From the NCBI GenBank assembly GCA_027923505.1, contig BROI01000006.1:682001-746000 (forward strand): DNA of 64,000 nt, in the 5' to 3' direction. The notes beneath the pieces are model-generated. The model did no database searches. It had not been told where the DNA came from and worked only from the letters and a program-made list of their open reading frames with translations. A program made the position numbers and the translations under genes. This DNA comes from Mayamaea pseudoterrestris. Taxonomy: Eukaryota. Below, in pieces: positions 22,680-35,954 of this stretch. Numbering within the stretch: the stretch's first letter is position 1; each line of letters begins with the position of its first letter.

Positions 22680-24406
22680 GGCTGTCTGCTAGCAGTACAG
22701 AGGACACAGCGTGCGTTTCACTTGTAGGCGCGATTGTGTTTCACTATTCCGGCAACTTCTGTCGGCATGCAGCCATGTCGACGATCGTCTCATGGTCATG
22801 CGAAACTTCGCTGGAATCGAAGAGAACTTTCGCCATGCCACGTCGGCGTGACCAATGAGACACACTTCACTATAGGCGATCATGTAGGGCTTTGCATGGT
22901 TGTCACAATAGCCCTCGTGACGGCGCCGCTCCGGTCTTCCAAAACTTCCGGCGGGAGCTTTCAAAGGTCGGGCAGGCACCTGTTGGATCCGTCGATCGGC
23001 GACGTGTGCTGTGGGTTTGTGGCCTACAGTAAAAAAGATCTTCAAGGCTGCTGTACTTGCATGAGCTTTGTGTGAGGCGCTGTGGCGACTGGGATCTGAA
23101 AAGATGCGACTACGACGCAGCCCTTGCTTGGAGCTGGGCGCAGGGCGCTGGGCGACGCGTCGGACGAAGACGAAAGTATAGATGGAGCGACAAGCGTCCC
23201 GTCTACTACACCGATGCACGCAAAGTCCAGCCCGGTGGGCCCCATTGAAATTCTGAGGCTACTTGTCAGCTCTTATAATAACTTGCGGAGCCTTCTCGAA
23301 CTTCCCTGTGCAAGTCGCGGGCCACGGTCGGAAGACGCAGCGTCGCAGCTTTCCCGCAGGATCCTGCCAATAGGAGGACACGAGGACACAACTTTGGAAA
23401 CCCAATACGTGCCATTACACGAAAGTAAAATGCGAGCACAACAGGTCTCATAGCTCGACTGCGCCATATATAAATTCCATCGTGGCAAAGGACAAGCGAT
23501 TTACTAGTGCATCAAGCGTCTCAAGCGCAAATGCTAGCCAATGCAATCTAAAAAAGCTTTTGCATCCAAAGAAAACTAAAGGACAGGTCACCTCAACTAC
23601 ATTAACTTTGAACGCTCCCCAACCTTAAACAAACAAGACGCTCGATCAACAACTGCGCTTATATTGTTTTCGCGAATGTATCACTTGGAAAGGCCAGTGC
23701 GAAATGCGCTCAAGGTCAAGATGAATTGTGAGGTGCAGGTCCAGGAGCTTACGTCCTACTGTCCGTAGAGTAGTAGATTGAGTGACTCTAGGGACTTCAC
23801 TTCCAATTTCCCGGTTACTATGATGAACTATTAAAACTACCATAGAATAGCAAGTTGTCGTTGATGATCACTTGCAAGAGCTTGACAATGAAGCGGTCAT
23901 TGTTTCGGCGATGCTTTCGCGGGAGATTATGATGCATGCACAAAGGTGACGTCACGTTGCTTGTTGATCGTGATCATCAAAGTCGGAAAATGACGTTGAG
24001 GGGCTGTATGCCAAGAGAGGCCCGGTTCTTCAAGGGCTATGTTGACGCAAGATCAGCCTGATCTCACTTAACCGCGGTGCAAAACGCGAAGATCAAGTCG
24101 GATACATCCACAACTCAGAAATTATGACGATGCTGAGTCCGATGTTGAGTTTGCTACTCCGTTGTGACCCAACGTGAATATACTGTTCAAACTGCGTGTC
24201 GCCGCTGTGCTTCTCCGTGTTCTTCAGTTTCTCCGTGGTCATTTTGATCACGTGTCAACCGAGGATAGCCGATCTTGAGGCTATCAGTGACCTTACCGTA
24301 GGAGTCGTACCAAGTTCTACGGCGGAGATGCTTACGTCGACGCATCCGCCGCATAATTCGCGCAAAATCAACTCCCATCACAAAATCTCACACCGACTCG
24401 TCGACC

Positions 24407-25740
24407 ATGTGCGTAACAAACACCACCACTCGCCGCCTTCAGGCGGTCTCCTTTCCTGTTGAGCAAGTTGGAGGATGCAGCCCGTCTGATCTCTCGCAGG
24501 GTTTGATGGGAAGCTTCTCGCTTGACGGCTCCGTCGCGCTTCCACGCTTGGAACCAGACGTCTCGGAAACCATTTACACCCAGCAAGACTCGAACAAGAG
24601 TCGCGCCAAGCGCCAGCGCAAGCCCCAGAAGCCAGGCAAGACGGCCAAGATGAACGATCGTCACTTTGTCGAGCACAACTACCACGATCATGCTGGCGAT
24701 GTCGATGAGAATGATGCTTCTTCCTTGACGGAGTTTTCGGAGGAACATCGCCGCCGCGGAGGCGTCGCCGTTACCTTTCCGGAACGCCTTCATCAGGTTC
24801 TGGAGCAAGTGGAACGTGACGGATATGCTCATATCATCTCATGGCAGCCGCATGGGCGCTGCTTTTTGATTCACAAGCCCAAGGAGTTTGCCGAGCATGT
24901 CATGCCAAAGTGAGTCATATCTGTTGATTCCGACGCCTTTCATTCTACTCTTCCTCAACCTCATTTTCTTCAACAACAGATACTTTCGCGTATCCAAGCT
25001 AACTTCGTTCCAACGTCAATTGAATCTTTGGGGATGGTCGCGTTTGACTCGAGGTATGTAGTTGACTGGCGCATTTGAAAGTAGGGATGCTCATTGGCAT
25101 GTTACTGATATATGTGCGTGTATTGTACAACATCTCACTTTGACTCGTTCTTACTACTTACTGCTAAACAGGACCGGACGCCTCTGCCTATTACCATGAG
25201 CTCTTTCTCCGCGGCCGCGAGTTTCTCTCCAAGCGCATGCTTCGCGTCAAGGTCAAGGGCACCAAGTTTAAGGCTGCCTCCAGCCCCGAAAACGAGCCAG
25301 ACTTTTACCGTATGCCGCCGGTTACGTACGTGACGCCCAATCATTCGTCGGACGAGGAAATGTCCCAAGACTCGTCCATGCGTGGAGCGAATGGAAGCTT
25401 TGCGTTTAATGTTGGTGCTGTGAACCGACAGCATCAAGTCAACATGCAAGCGCTGAGCTATTCGTCACCATTGCAGCAGCCTCATGTCACTTTGTCGAGC
25501 TACTTTGCTCCAGTGTCTAGCGATTTGTTTACTTTAAACCACTATGAGCAGCCGACTCCGCCGCCGCAGTTTCAGGCCGACTCGATTCTTGACCAAGCCG
25601 TTGACGAACTATTCATGGGAGAGCTTGAAAGTGAAGATACACTCAAAGATTTTGTCGATGAATGGGATCCTACGTTTGGAGCCGTTTTGAACGATGACAT
25701 TCAGCTAGGGTTCATGCTCGAAAAATTATTGGAGGACTAG
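24407..25740 (+). CDS. Heat-shock-factor family transcription factor; introns 24910-24979 and 25054-25171
   Basis: HSF DNA-binding domain: RGGVAVTFPERLH..IISWQPHGRCF..MPK|YFRVSKLTSFQRQLNLWGW..R|GPDASAYYHELFLRG. Introns are canonical GT-AG. Confidence 0.92.
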
Positions 25741-26025
25741 CGAGACTCATAGTCGCCTGCTACTACAAGACGAGGAAGACATGTTACTGACAAAAGATGT
25801 ATGCATATGATAATGAGAATCTTCGGATTTATTTACTGTTAGCCCTGGCTATACTCCATTAAACTAGGAGTCTTGGTTTTACAATCGAGCCAAGCAAACC
25901 ATCGTCCCTTTGGGCGAGTGTGGTTCGCATTGTGGCCATGTTGCGGCCGCGTGACCAATCCGAACTGGCAACTTGTAGTGGCGTGGCGTCTCCGAACAGC
26001 GACGCCTCGGAACCTTTTCCCGCTA

Positions 26026-27388
26026 GAAACTCCAACATCAACTGCAATTTGCTCCGGAATAGCCCCATGGAGAAACTGCTTCTGTCTGATCGGTATATAC
26101 CCTACCGATATTTCTTGAGCTTGTCTTCGTCGCGGGCATTGCTTTGTCCATGGGGCAGCGCTGTGCGATGCATAGTCTACCGGTAGGAGACTGTCTAGAT
26201 ATGCGCACCATAGACTACCGGTAGGCGACTACCTATAGATATGCGGAAGAGATGAGTAGTTTCTTGATGGATGTAAAATAATCTGAACGCAATAGCCGAC
26301 ACTCAACTCTGGAGCTAAGGGAGCGACATAGTACTGATGATTAATTTGACTGTTAATGTTCCAAGCTTTGCATGTACCGGTTTCATTACTATGTTCCAAG
26401 CTTTCCATCTCCTTTCGTCAGTTTCGAAACTATCGGTTGTTGAAAATGCTATCATGACTTCCAAAAAATCTTTCATCCCCACTTGCGCCTACCGGTATGT
26501 ACGTGTGCAAGTACTGGTCTCGCCATACAAGAAGTAAGCGGTACAGCACCAGTGATTTCTCGAGCAGTCGACGCGCGTTGCAGCAGGTGTAGCCAATTCA
26601 TGCGCCATTACCTTGAAGGGCATTGCTAACAGCCTACCGTAGCTGATCCATTATGCAAGCCGTTTGAAGAACAATGGGCGACAACAGCAACCATAGATGC
26701 GTTAATTGGACAGCAACCCCAATTCCTATTTGGTTTTCATTGTGGATAGCTAATCGTCGCCGCTCGCTGAACGTTCACCCGTTGAGACTCACTACTTAGG
26801 CGCTGGCGTGTGTACTCCTCTATGTATCCAATCGGCGACGGTATCTTTGCTAAGTACTTAGCCGTTGACGGCATATTGCATGGAAGGAGTTGCGCAATTC
26901 CTTCCATTTTCTCGCAAACCTTGATCGTTTCTTTCTGTGTTTTCTGCAAAACCAGTCACCACCATGAAGTTCTTCGCGCTTACCCTCTTATCGCTTTTAG
27001 TTGGCAGTGCCTCTGCCTCTGTCGAGTCCATGCTGCGAGTGGACCGAGACATCCCAGTCGACTCGAAGTTTGGCCGAGCGCTCCTCGAAAAGGCGACGGT
27101 TGTTGAACATGCTCGTTCGCTCAACAACAACAATAACAATCAGCAAGGCGCTTTCATGTACAAGTACTCAATCAAGTATTTGGGATGCTCCAGTATCGTT
27201 CAAATAAACGGCGAGGAAGGCGGAAACAACAATAACAAGAACGGAGGCGGCAGCATGCTTTACACCAAGCACCTTGTTCGATTCGCACTTTGCCCTAGCG
27301 ACTCATGCTCAAGCTGCCCAAATGGGGGGCAATACGTTGTCAACATGCAGGAGTTTGTCGATGCGTACACGGAAGCTAAATTGACTGC
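26026..27388 (+). repeat. Segmental duplicate of 38379-39718 (promoter plus first 142 codons of the silicanin-like gene)
   Basis: Colinear with the second copy from GAAACTCCAACATCAACTGCAA to AAATTGACTGC. Non-coding parts are clearly diverged; the coding part differs at 14 of about 425 nt. Confidence 0.93.
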
Positions 27389-27515
27389 TGGTCATTGCAT
27401 CCGCCAAGTTAGTCAATCGTCAATGAACCACTCTTACACCATCACTCAGACGGCCAAATACAGCCTGAAATTGGTCGGATGGCAACCACACAAAGACAAT
27501 TACAAAGCGGTTTGA
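26964..27515 (+). pseudogene. Truncated/chimeric silicanin-like paralogue (142 native codons plus a 41-codon foreign tail, no TM helix)
   Basis: Matches the 39294 gene up to YTEAKLTA, then continues in unrelated sequence (GHCIRQ..YKAV*). Confidence 0.85.
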
Positions 27516-27643
27516 ATAAGGATGAAGATAACAATATGCTGTAAAAGTTACAGAATGGCACACCTTCAATTTTTGACCATGCTGCCTTCATCAGATGTCC
27601 ATAGATTGATGTATATAATGGAGATTTTATAAGATTTACATAG

Positions 27644-30525
27644 GAACAGTCTTCTGGAAAGCCAACTTGTCATCAAGGACAGCTGAGCATCAACCACCAC
27701 ACCTTTGTGGTTGTCTCCCAGCACTTAACCTAGCAGCTTCCCATTAAGTGTGCCATCAGGTGACCCAAGCGCCAAGCCCAGTGCGTCACCTAGTGCTGGA
27801 ACCAGTCTCCTGGAAAGCCAACTTGTCATCAAGGACAGCTGGAGCATCAACCACCACACCTTTGTGGTTGTCTCCCAGCACTCAACCTAGCAGCTTCCCA
27901 TTAAGTGTGCCATCAAGTGACCCAAGCGCCAAGCCCAGTGCGTCACCTAGCGCAGGACCCAGTCTCCTTCCCAGTGCCGCATCAAGTTTGTCCTCCTCTG
28001 TGGCTCCCAGTTTGATTCCAGCACTCTCACTATAGCAGCTTGTCATCAAGTGGGCCATTGAGCAACCCAAGTGCCAAGCCCAGTGCGTCACCTAGTGCTG
28101 GAACCAGTCTTCTGGAAAGCCAACTTGTCAGCAAGGACAGCTGTAGCATCAACCACCACACCTTTGTGGTTGTCTCCCAGCACTCAACCTAGCAGCTTCC
28201 CATTAAGTGTGCCATCGAGTGACCCAAGCGTCAAGCCCAGTGCGTCACCTAGCGCAGGACCCAGTCTCCTTCCCAGTGCCGCATCAAGTTTGTCCTCCTC
28301 TGTGGCTCCCAGTTTGATTCCAGCACTCTCACTATAGCAGCTTGTCATCAAGTGGGCCATTGAGCAACCCAAGTGCCAAGCCCAGTGCGTCACCTAGTGC
28401 TGGAACCAGTCTCCTGGAAAGCCAACTTGTCATCAAGGACAGCTGGAGCATCAACCACCACACCTTTGTGGTTGTCTCCCAGCACTCAACCTAGCAGCTT
28501 CCCATTAAGTGTGCCATCAAGTGACCCAAGCGCCAAGCCCAGTGCGTCACCTAGCGCAGGACCCAGTCTCCTTCCCAGTGCAGCATCAAGCCTGCCATCC
28601 TCTGTGGCTCCAAGTCTGTCCCCAGCACTCACTTCAGCAGCTTGCCATCAAGTGTGCCATCAAGTGACCCAAGCGCCAAGCCCAGTGTGTCACCTAGCGC
28701 AGGACCTACAGTAGTCTCCTTCCCAGTGCAGCATCAAGCCTGCCATCCTTTGTGCTTCCAAGTCTGTCTTCAGCACTCACTTCAGCAGCATGCCACCAAG
28801 TGTGCCATCAAGTGACCCAAGTGCCAAGACCAGTGTGTCACCTGGCATAGGACCTACAGTAGTCTCCTTCCCAGTGCAGCATCAAGCCTGCCATCCTTTG
28901 TGGCTCCAAGTCTGTCTTCAGCACTCACTTCAGCAGCATGCCACCAAGTGTGCCATCAAGTGACCCAAGTGCCAAGCCCAGTGTGTCACCTGGCATAGGA
29001 TCTACAATAGTCTCCTTCACAGTGCCGCATCTAGCCTGCCATCCTTTGTGGCTCCAAGTCTGTCCCCAGCACTCACTTCAGCAGCTTGCCATTAAGTGTG
29101 CCATTAAGTGTGCCATCAAGTGACCCAAGTGCCAAGCCCAGTGTGTCACCTGGCATAGGACCTACAGTAGTATCCAACTGCTCTTACACCATCACTCAGA
29201 CAGCCAAATACAGCCTGAAATTGGTCGGATGGCAACCACACAAAGACAATTAGAAAGCGATTTGAATTGCAGGATGCCACCAAGTGTGCCATCAAGTGAC
29301 CCAAGTGCCAAGCCCAGTGTGTCACCTGGCATAGGACCTACAGTAGTCTCCTTCCCAGTGCCGCATCTAGCCTGCCATTCTTTGTGGCTCCAAGTCTGTC
29401 CCCAGCACTCACTTCAGCAGCTTCCCCTTAAGTGTGCCATTAAGCTTCCCATTAAGTGTGCCATCAAGTGACCCAAGCGCCAAGCCCAGTGCGTCACCTA
29501 GCGCAGGACCCAGTCTCCTTCCCAGTGCCGCATCAAGTTTGTCCTCCTCTGTGGCTCCCAGTTTGATTCCAGCACTCTCACTATAGCAGCTTGTCATCAA
29601 GTGGGCCATTGAGCAACCCAAGTGCCAAGCCCAGTGCGTCACCTAGTGCTGGAACCAGTCTTCTGGAAAGCCAACTTGTCATCAAGGACAGCTGGAGCAT
29701 TAACCACCACACCTTTGTGGTTGTCTCCCAGCACTCAACCTAGCAGCTTCCCATTAAGTGTGCCATCAAGTGACCCAAGCGCCAAGCCCAGTGCGTCACC
29801 TAGCGCAGGACCCAGTCTCCTTCCCAGTGCCGCATCAAGTTTGTCCTCCTCTGTGGCTCCCAGTTTGATTCCAGCACTCTCACTATAGCAGCTTGTCATC
29901 AAGTGGGCCATTGAGCAACCCAGTGAAAAGCCCAGTGCGTCACCTAGTGCTGGAATCAGTCTCCTGGAAAGCCAACTTGTCATCAAGGACAGCTGGAGCA
30001 TCAACCACCACACCTTTGTGGTTGTCTCCCAGCACTCAACCTAGCAGCTTCCCATTAAGTGTGCCATCAAGTGACCCAAGCGCCAAGCTTGTCATCACAG
30101 CGCAGGACCGTCTCTTAGTGACGCATCAAGTTTGTCCTCCTCTGTGGCTCCCAGTTTGATTCCAGCACTCTCTATAGCAGCTTGTCATCAAGTGGGCCAT
30201 TGCCCAAGCCCAGTGCGTCCCCTAGCGCTGGAACCGTCGAAAGCCAACTTGTCATCAAGGACAGCTGGAGCATCAACCACCACACCTTTGTGGTTGTCTC
30301 CCAGCACTCAACCTAGCAGCTTCCCATTAAGTGTGCCATCAAGTGACCCAAGCGCCAAGCCCGGTGCGTCACCTAGTGCAGGACCCAGTCTCCTTCCCAG
30401 TGCAGCATCAAGCCTGCCATCTTTTGTGGCTCCAAGTCTGTCCCCAGCACTCACTTCAGCAGCTTGCCATCAAGTGTGCCATTAAGTGTGCCATCAAGTG
30501 ACCAAGCGCCAAGCCCAGTGCGTCA
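27644..30525 (+). repeat. Decayed Pro/Ser-rich mucin-like tandem array, left part (302-bp and 148-bp units)
   Basis: GTGCTGGAACCAGTC recurs near 27793, 28095 and 28397 (302 bp); GACCTACAGTAGTC-type motif recurs near 28703, 28851 and 28999 (148 bp). Translates to PSSDPSAKPSASPSAGPSLLPS with stops and frameshifts. Confidence 0.92.
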
Positions 30526-30854
30526 TGACACAATATTATTGAGTTGAGTTGACCTGCGTCTTATGACAAGACGGTTAGCTACCTGTGTTTTGTATGCATT
30601 TAATCCTGTGCAGGGTTGAGTCACACTTGTGACCGAATCCTCACATACATGAGTGAAATCGCTGACGATCGAGGCGTGAACCTCGACCGTGAACCCAGTG
30701 AGAACGAGAAAGAAGCGCACGAGTAGAGTAGCGAGTAACATGCACTATTCTAGCAATTGAGTTTGTTTGTTTGCTTTACGCTGGACGAAGAGGTTGATCG
30801 CTCCTAGTCCATTGTAGTCGCTGGAATAAAGGTTCGTCTGATATTATCGTGTCA
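30526..30854 (+). repeat. 5' LTR (329 bp)
   Basis: TGACAC…GTGTCA termini and an AATAAA near the 3' end; no difference from the 3' LTR seen by eye. Confidence 0.95.
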
Positions 30855-30869
30855 GATTAACAGTCTTGC
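30855..30869 (+). other. Putative primer-binding site complementary to the tRNA-Asn(GUU) anticodon arm
   Basis: GATTAACAGTCTTGC directly follows the LTR; its reverse complement is GCAAGA-CT-GTT-AA-TC. Confidence 0.6.
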
Positions 30870-31073
30870 TAGCTTGTCTTGACCTGAGAGAGCTGTGCGA
30901 AAGAGAGAGAGTGAAAGAATCGAGAAACTGAGAGAGAAAGAGCAGATTCCTTGCGGCGTCGTCAATCCGAATACTTGACGCGAGCGCGTAGAACAGGATC
31001 GTATAAGGCTCGACCGCATTGAGAGCGGTTGTTGTGTGAGAAAGGACTTGCGGAAAGCGAGGTATTCACTATC

Positions 31074-32190
31074 ATGGTTTCGGTTACTGCGGAAGCTTTG
31101 CAAGCGCTCTGCGTGAACGTTTTCGGACAAGACATCCAAGAAGCGTTCTTGTTTTGGAATGTAACCACCACTACCCAGATGTTGAGATTGACCAAGGAGC
31201 AACTTGAAGCCCCCTACTGGGTCGACAGAGCCGCCATCCCAGCTGGCGTTGAGCAACCTGAAGGCGCATCGGCGATGCGCAGCCGGGCGACGAGCCGGCC
31301 GAAGAACCGGCCGAAGGACAAGCAGCCGCCGCCCCAGCACGATACGAAACACGTCTACCACCAGTCGACGTGAACCTTATCCTCGATGCATGCGAATGGT
31401 TTAACATGCACGACGGAGCCCCGAACACCAAGAAGTGGGCGGAGCTTGATTTAGGCAAGCTCGAGCGATTCCAAGAAATACTTGCCGAACAAGAAATCGG
31501 TCGAAAGCGTGAAGAAGGGTACTATATCCTCGAGTCCAAGAGGGCGCAAGCCGAGCTACTTGCCAAGCAACTCGAAAATGAGAATATGAAGGCTGAGAAG
31601 GCCGAAAAGGAAGCAGATGCCAAGGGTCGTTTCTCGAACATCAAGACGAAGCGAGATTACAAGGACTACAAAACGTTCCAACATCCCCACGGGTGGTTGA
31701 GTTGGAGTGCGTCTACCAAGGCAATCGCCAAGCTCCATGGCTGTTCTAACGTGCTCGACAGCAAGTACGTACCAGTCACGAAAGAAGAGAAGGAAGAGTT
31801 CAAGGAGCAGCAAATCTTCATGTACACTGCGTTTCGCAATTGTCTCGAAGTACCTGGATACCAGTCGCTCCTTCAATGAGCTGACGAGTCTGACGCTCAG
31901 AGCGTCTATCGCGATCTCGCGACCAAGTTTGGTTCCGGCGAGTTAGCTACCATCCAAGCGAACGAACTGCAAGCCAAGCTTGCGACGATCCGCCTAGATT
32001 CGACCTGGACGAAAGGACACTACAAGTTCCTAAACTACATCGAACAGCTCATGAAGAATCTCGAGGAGTTCCGTCCTGGAGTGACGGATGACAAGAAGAA
32101 GTACTACTGGCTCCGAGCTGCAGTGGAAGGCGACGAAGAATTCGGCCCCACGTGCACGACATTCGACCAGCACTTGACATCTGATCGACG
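31074..32190 (+). pseudogene. Disrupted gag of the Copia element
   Basis: Frameshift near 31290-31370 and an in-frame TGA at 31877-31879. Near 32190 it joins abruptly to sequence resembling the post-protease linker; no zinc knuckle or protease motif is seen. Confidence 0.7.
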
Positions 32191-32252
32191 ACGTCGCTCG
32201 CTCCCAGAATGGAGCACAAGCCATTGTCACCAGTTGTGGCAAGACCATCCCC

Positions 32253-35200
32253 TTGGCGATCCGTGACGGCTTGCCTCGTATGGATATGCGTCCACCGACG
32301 GACGCAGAGTTGGAAATGTATCCGACGGTCATTTTCTCTGCGGACACCCTTTGGGATCCGGCGGAGCTGGATAATGAATGGAACGAAGAAGAACTTGAGT
32401 TTAATCGTCGCTTCGATGAATTGGAAGAAGAACACGGCTTCGTCGACGCCCGCATGGATGACTTCGGCGACGCCACCTACAGGAACAACATGAACTCAGT
32501 GGAACGTGTGGTGCAGTATGTCGATCGCAATCAGGCTGATACGACGCGCCAAGCCAATGCACGACGCATAATGCCACAAGAACCTGACTACCAAGCGCTT
32601 CGACCTTACCTTGGCTACACGCCACTTGAACGAGTCAAGCGCACCATCAAGAATACGACACAGCTTTTCCGTGCATCGGCACACACCCCATTTCGCCAAC
32701 ACTTTAAGTCGCGATTCCCTGCCGCCAATGTGGTTCGTTTCCATGACGATACGGCGACAGATACCTGGTTTTCCAAGGAAGCCGCCTTTAACGACGGAAT
32801 CCGCGGCCATGGCGGATGCAAGATGATGCAACTGTTCGTCGGCAAGAAGAGTCTGCTGACGAGGGGATACCCACTGAGAACCGAGAGTGACATGCCCAAG
32901 GCGCTCGAAGACTTCATTCGAGACATTGCCCTCCGACTTGCTCATTAGCAATAACTCGCAAGTGCAGCTTGGGAAGCAAGTTGAAACCTTGTTGCAATTC
33001 TACATGATTCGTGACCAACAGAACAAGCCCAGATACCAGAACCAGAACCCTGCCAAGCGTCGCATCCAAGAAGTCAAGTCATCAGTCCAGAACATCATGA
33101 ACCGTACGGGCGCACCCGCTGGAGCCTGGCTCCTATGCGCGCTGTACGTAATCGCCTTATTCAACAATCTGGCGACCGAGTCCCTCAACTGGAAGACACC
33201 TACTGAAGCCGCCTTCAACCGAGTACCCGACATTTCGCCGTTCCTGCAGTTCAAGTTCTGGGAACGAGTCCTGTATGAAGCTGGAGCCGACGAGCCGCCG
33301 ACATTTCCTCACACCAAGGAAGCAGCAGGACGCTGGGTCGGTATTGCAGAGAACAAGGGTGACATCCTCACGTACCAAGTTCGATCCGATCGGACTGGAA
33401 TGGTTGTCGTCCGATCCAACGTTCGTCCCTTCTCCGAAGGACGTAACCTACGCGCTGAAGCTGAAAGCGCTCCTGAACCCGAGTCCGAACGACCACTGTT
33501 CGCGGAACCTGTCTTCGACGCGCGCCCTGCGCGTGAACGAGTCCAAGTCGAAACTGTCGACGAGTTTGACGATGAGTATGACCTAGCCGGTCCGGTGTTT
33601 GAACACGACCTTACACCGACCCCAGCGCCCGATTCTGGGGGAACCGTGGATGAAGACGCATTCACGTTGGAAAGCGCTGCCGAGTTAGCCGGTCTGGATC
33701 CCGACGGACCCATGCCGTCCTTTACTCCGGCTGAACTGATGGGACGCACTGTCCTTCTTGACGAGGAAGACGGCTCCACGCGACGTTACAAGGTTATCGA
33801 GCAACTGAACGATCGCGGAAGCCAACCACAAGATCATCAAGTTCGATTGAGTCTCCGGCGACGGCGTCGCCATGAGCTTATTACCTACAACGAACTAGCC
33901 GACCTGTGCGGCGGCAAGATTCGTTACGTGGGGGACGATGACAACAACGACGACCAGTACTACAAGTTTGATTTCATTGACGGACATGAAGGTCCACTGA
34001 CACAAGCCGACGCTACGTATCGCGGCTCATCCTACAACTTGCTCATTCAATGGGCAAATGGCGAGAAGACCTGGGAGCCACTCGCATTGATCATCAAGTC
34101 CGACCCTGTGACCGTCGCCGAGTATGGCAAGCGCAAGGGCATGCTGGACAAGGATGGATGGAAGCGCTTGAAGCGCATGGCAGGACGCACTAAATTGTTT
34201 AACCGCATGTGCAAGGCTGCAAAGAAGAACCGTGTCCAAGAAGCGCGTTTCAAGTTTGGCGTTCAAGTTCCTAATACCTGGAAGGAAGCGAACCGCCTCG
34301 ACGCTGCTAATGGAAACACCCTGTGGGCTGACGCCGTCAAGACTGAGATGGAGCAGCTACACGAGTACGACACTTTCATCGACAAGGGCATCGGTGCCTT
34401 CATGGAAAGTGACTGGAAGCGCATCAACGCGCATCTTGTTTTCGACTGCAAGAACGATCTACGACGTAAGGCCCGACTCGTCGCCGGGGGACATCTGACC
34501 GCTCCGCCCAAGGACTCCGCCTACTCCGGCGTTGTATCTATGCGAAGCATTCGAACCATAGCACTGTTAGCTGAACTGAACGACCTCAAGTTTTGGGCTG
34601 CCGATGTCGGTAACGCCTACCTCGAGGCCAAGACCAAGGAAAAGGTCTACATTGTTGCCGGTCCCGAGTTTGGACCATTGGAAGGCCATACCTTGGTCAT
34701 CTACAAGGCACTTTACGGATTGCGCACTTCTGGCGCGCGTTGGCATGAGCACTTTGCCGACACACTCCGCGACATTGGATTCTACCCAAGCTACGCGGAT
34801 CCTGACGTCTGGATGAAAGACTGTGGCACTCACTACGAGTACGTCGGCGTGTTCGTCGACGATCTGGCTATGGCCATGAAAGATCCACAAGCCTTCACGG
34901 ACCTCCTCAAGGACAAGTACAAGTACAAGTTGAAGGGCGTCGGTGACATCAAGTATCACCTTGGAGCCGACTTCTATCGTGACCCCGATGGAACCCTCTG
35001 CATGAGCGCAAAGACCTACGTCGGTCGCATGCTCAAGAACTACGAAACCATGTTTGGCGAGAAACCACGCAAGCGCAAGTCACCGCTTGACGACGGGGAC
35101 CACCCCGAACTTGACCTTACCGAAGAGCTGGATGCCCGTGGCATTCAACAGTACCAGTCTCTTATCGGTGCCCTCCAGTGGGCAGTGACCCTATGTCGAC

Positions 35201-35943
35201 TTGACATTCATTGTGCCGTGATGACACTTGGCCGATTCCGCTGCGCTCCGCGCCGTGGACACCTGGACCGAGCCAAGCGAGTCTGCGGTTACCTAGCTGA
35301 GTACCCTGACGCGGCGATTCGTTTCCGGACGAAGATCGTCGATCACGGGGAACCTACCAAGTATGATTGGTTGCAATCGGTCTACGGCAACTCAAGCGAA
35401 GAGCTTCCGTGGAACATGCCGATCCCGAAGGGCAAGCCTGTGCAACTAACTACCTTTATGGACGCGAACCTGTACCATGATTACACTACTGGACGTTCCG
35501 CAATGGGAATCCTGCATTTCCTGAACCAGACGCCCGTCGAATGGTTCTGCAAGCGTCAGAATACTGTTGAGACTGCAACGTACGGATCCGAGTTCGTCGT
35601 CGCCAAGACCGCGACGGAACAGATTATGGATTTCCGGTACTCCCTACGGATGTTGGGAGTTCCTTTGAGTGGACCAGCCTGGATGTTCGGCGACAACGAA
35701 AGTGTCAAGAAGTCGTCAACGATCCCGCACTCCACACTTTCTAAGCGACACAATGCGCTCGCCTACCACCGAGTTCGCGAGGCCATTGCAAGCAATGTTC
35801 TGTACTTTGAGCACATCTTCGGCAAGCAGAACGTCGCCGACGTTCTTACCAAGTTCTTGCCACATGCCACGTTCCGACCCCTGATCATTCCGATTCTTTT
35901 CTGGAAGGGTGATACGGCAAACCGATCGTTGTCACAAGCCTAG
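32253..35943 (+). pseudogene. Copia pol: frameshifted/mutated integrase with open RT and RNase H
   Basis: Integrase ATDTWF..QLFVG with a frameshift near 32930. RT motifs KARLVAGGH, ADVGNAYL, KALYGLRTSG and FVDD. RNase H motifs FMDAN, TATYGSEF, GDNES, KRHNALAYHRVRE and ADVLTK. Confidence 0.93.
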
Positions 35944-35954
35944 ATCAAGGGGGA

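Noticed and set aside
22689..24400. Short overlapping ORFs between the hypothetical gene and HSF
   Set aside because: No recognisable motifs; better explained as a long divergent promoter/UTR region.
27748..30485. Functional mucin or frustulin-like ORFs
   Set aside because: Units of 302 and 148 bp shift frame, stops recur in each unit, and there is no signal peptide or continuous ORF.
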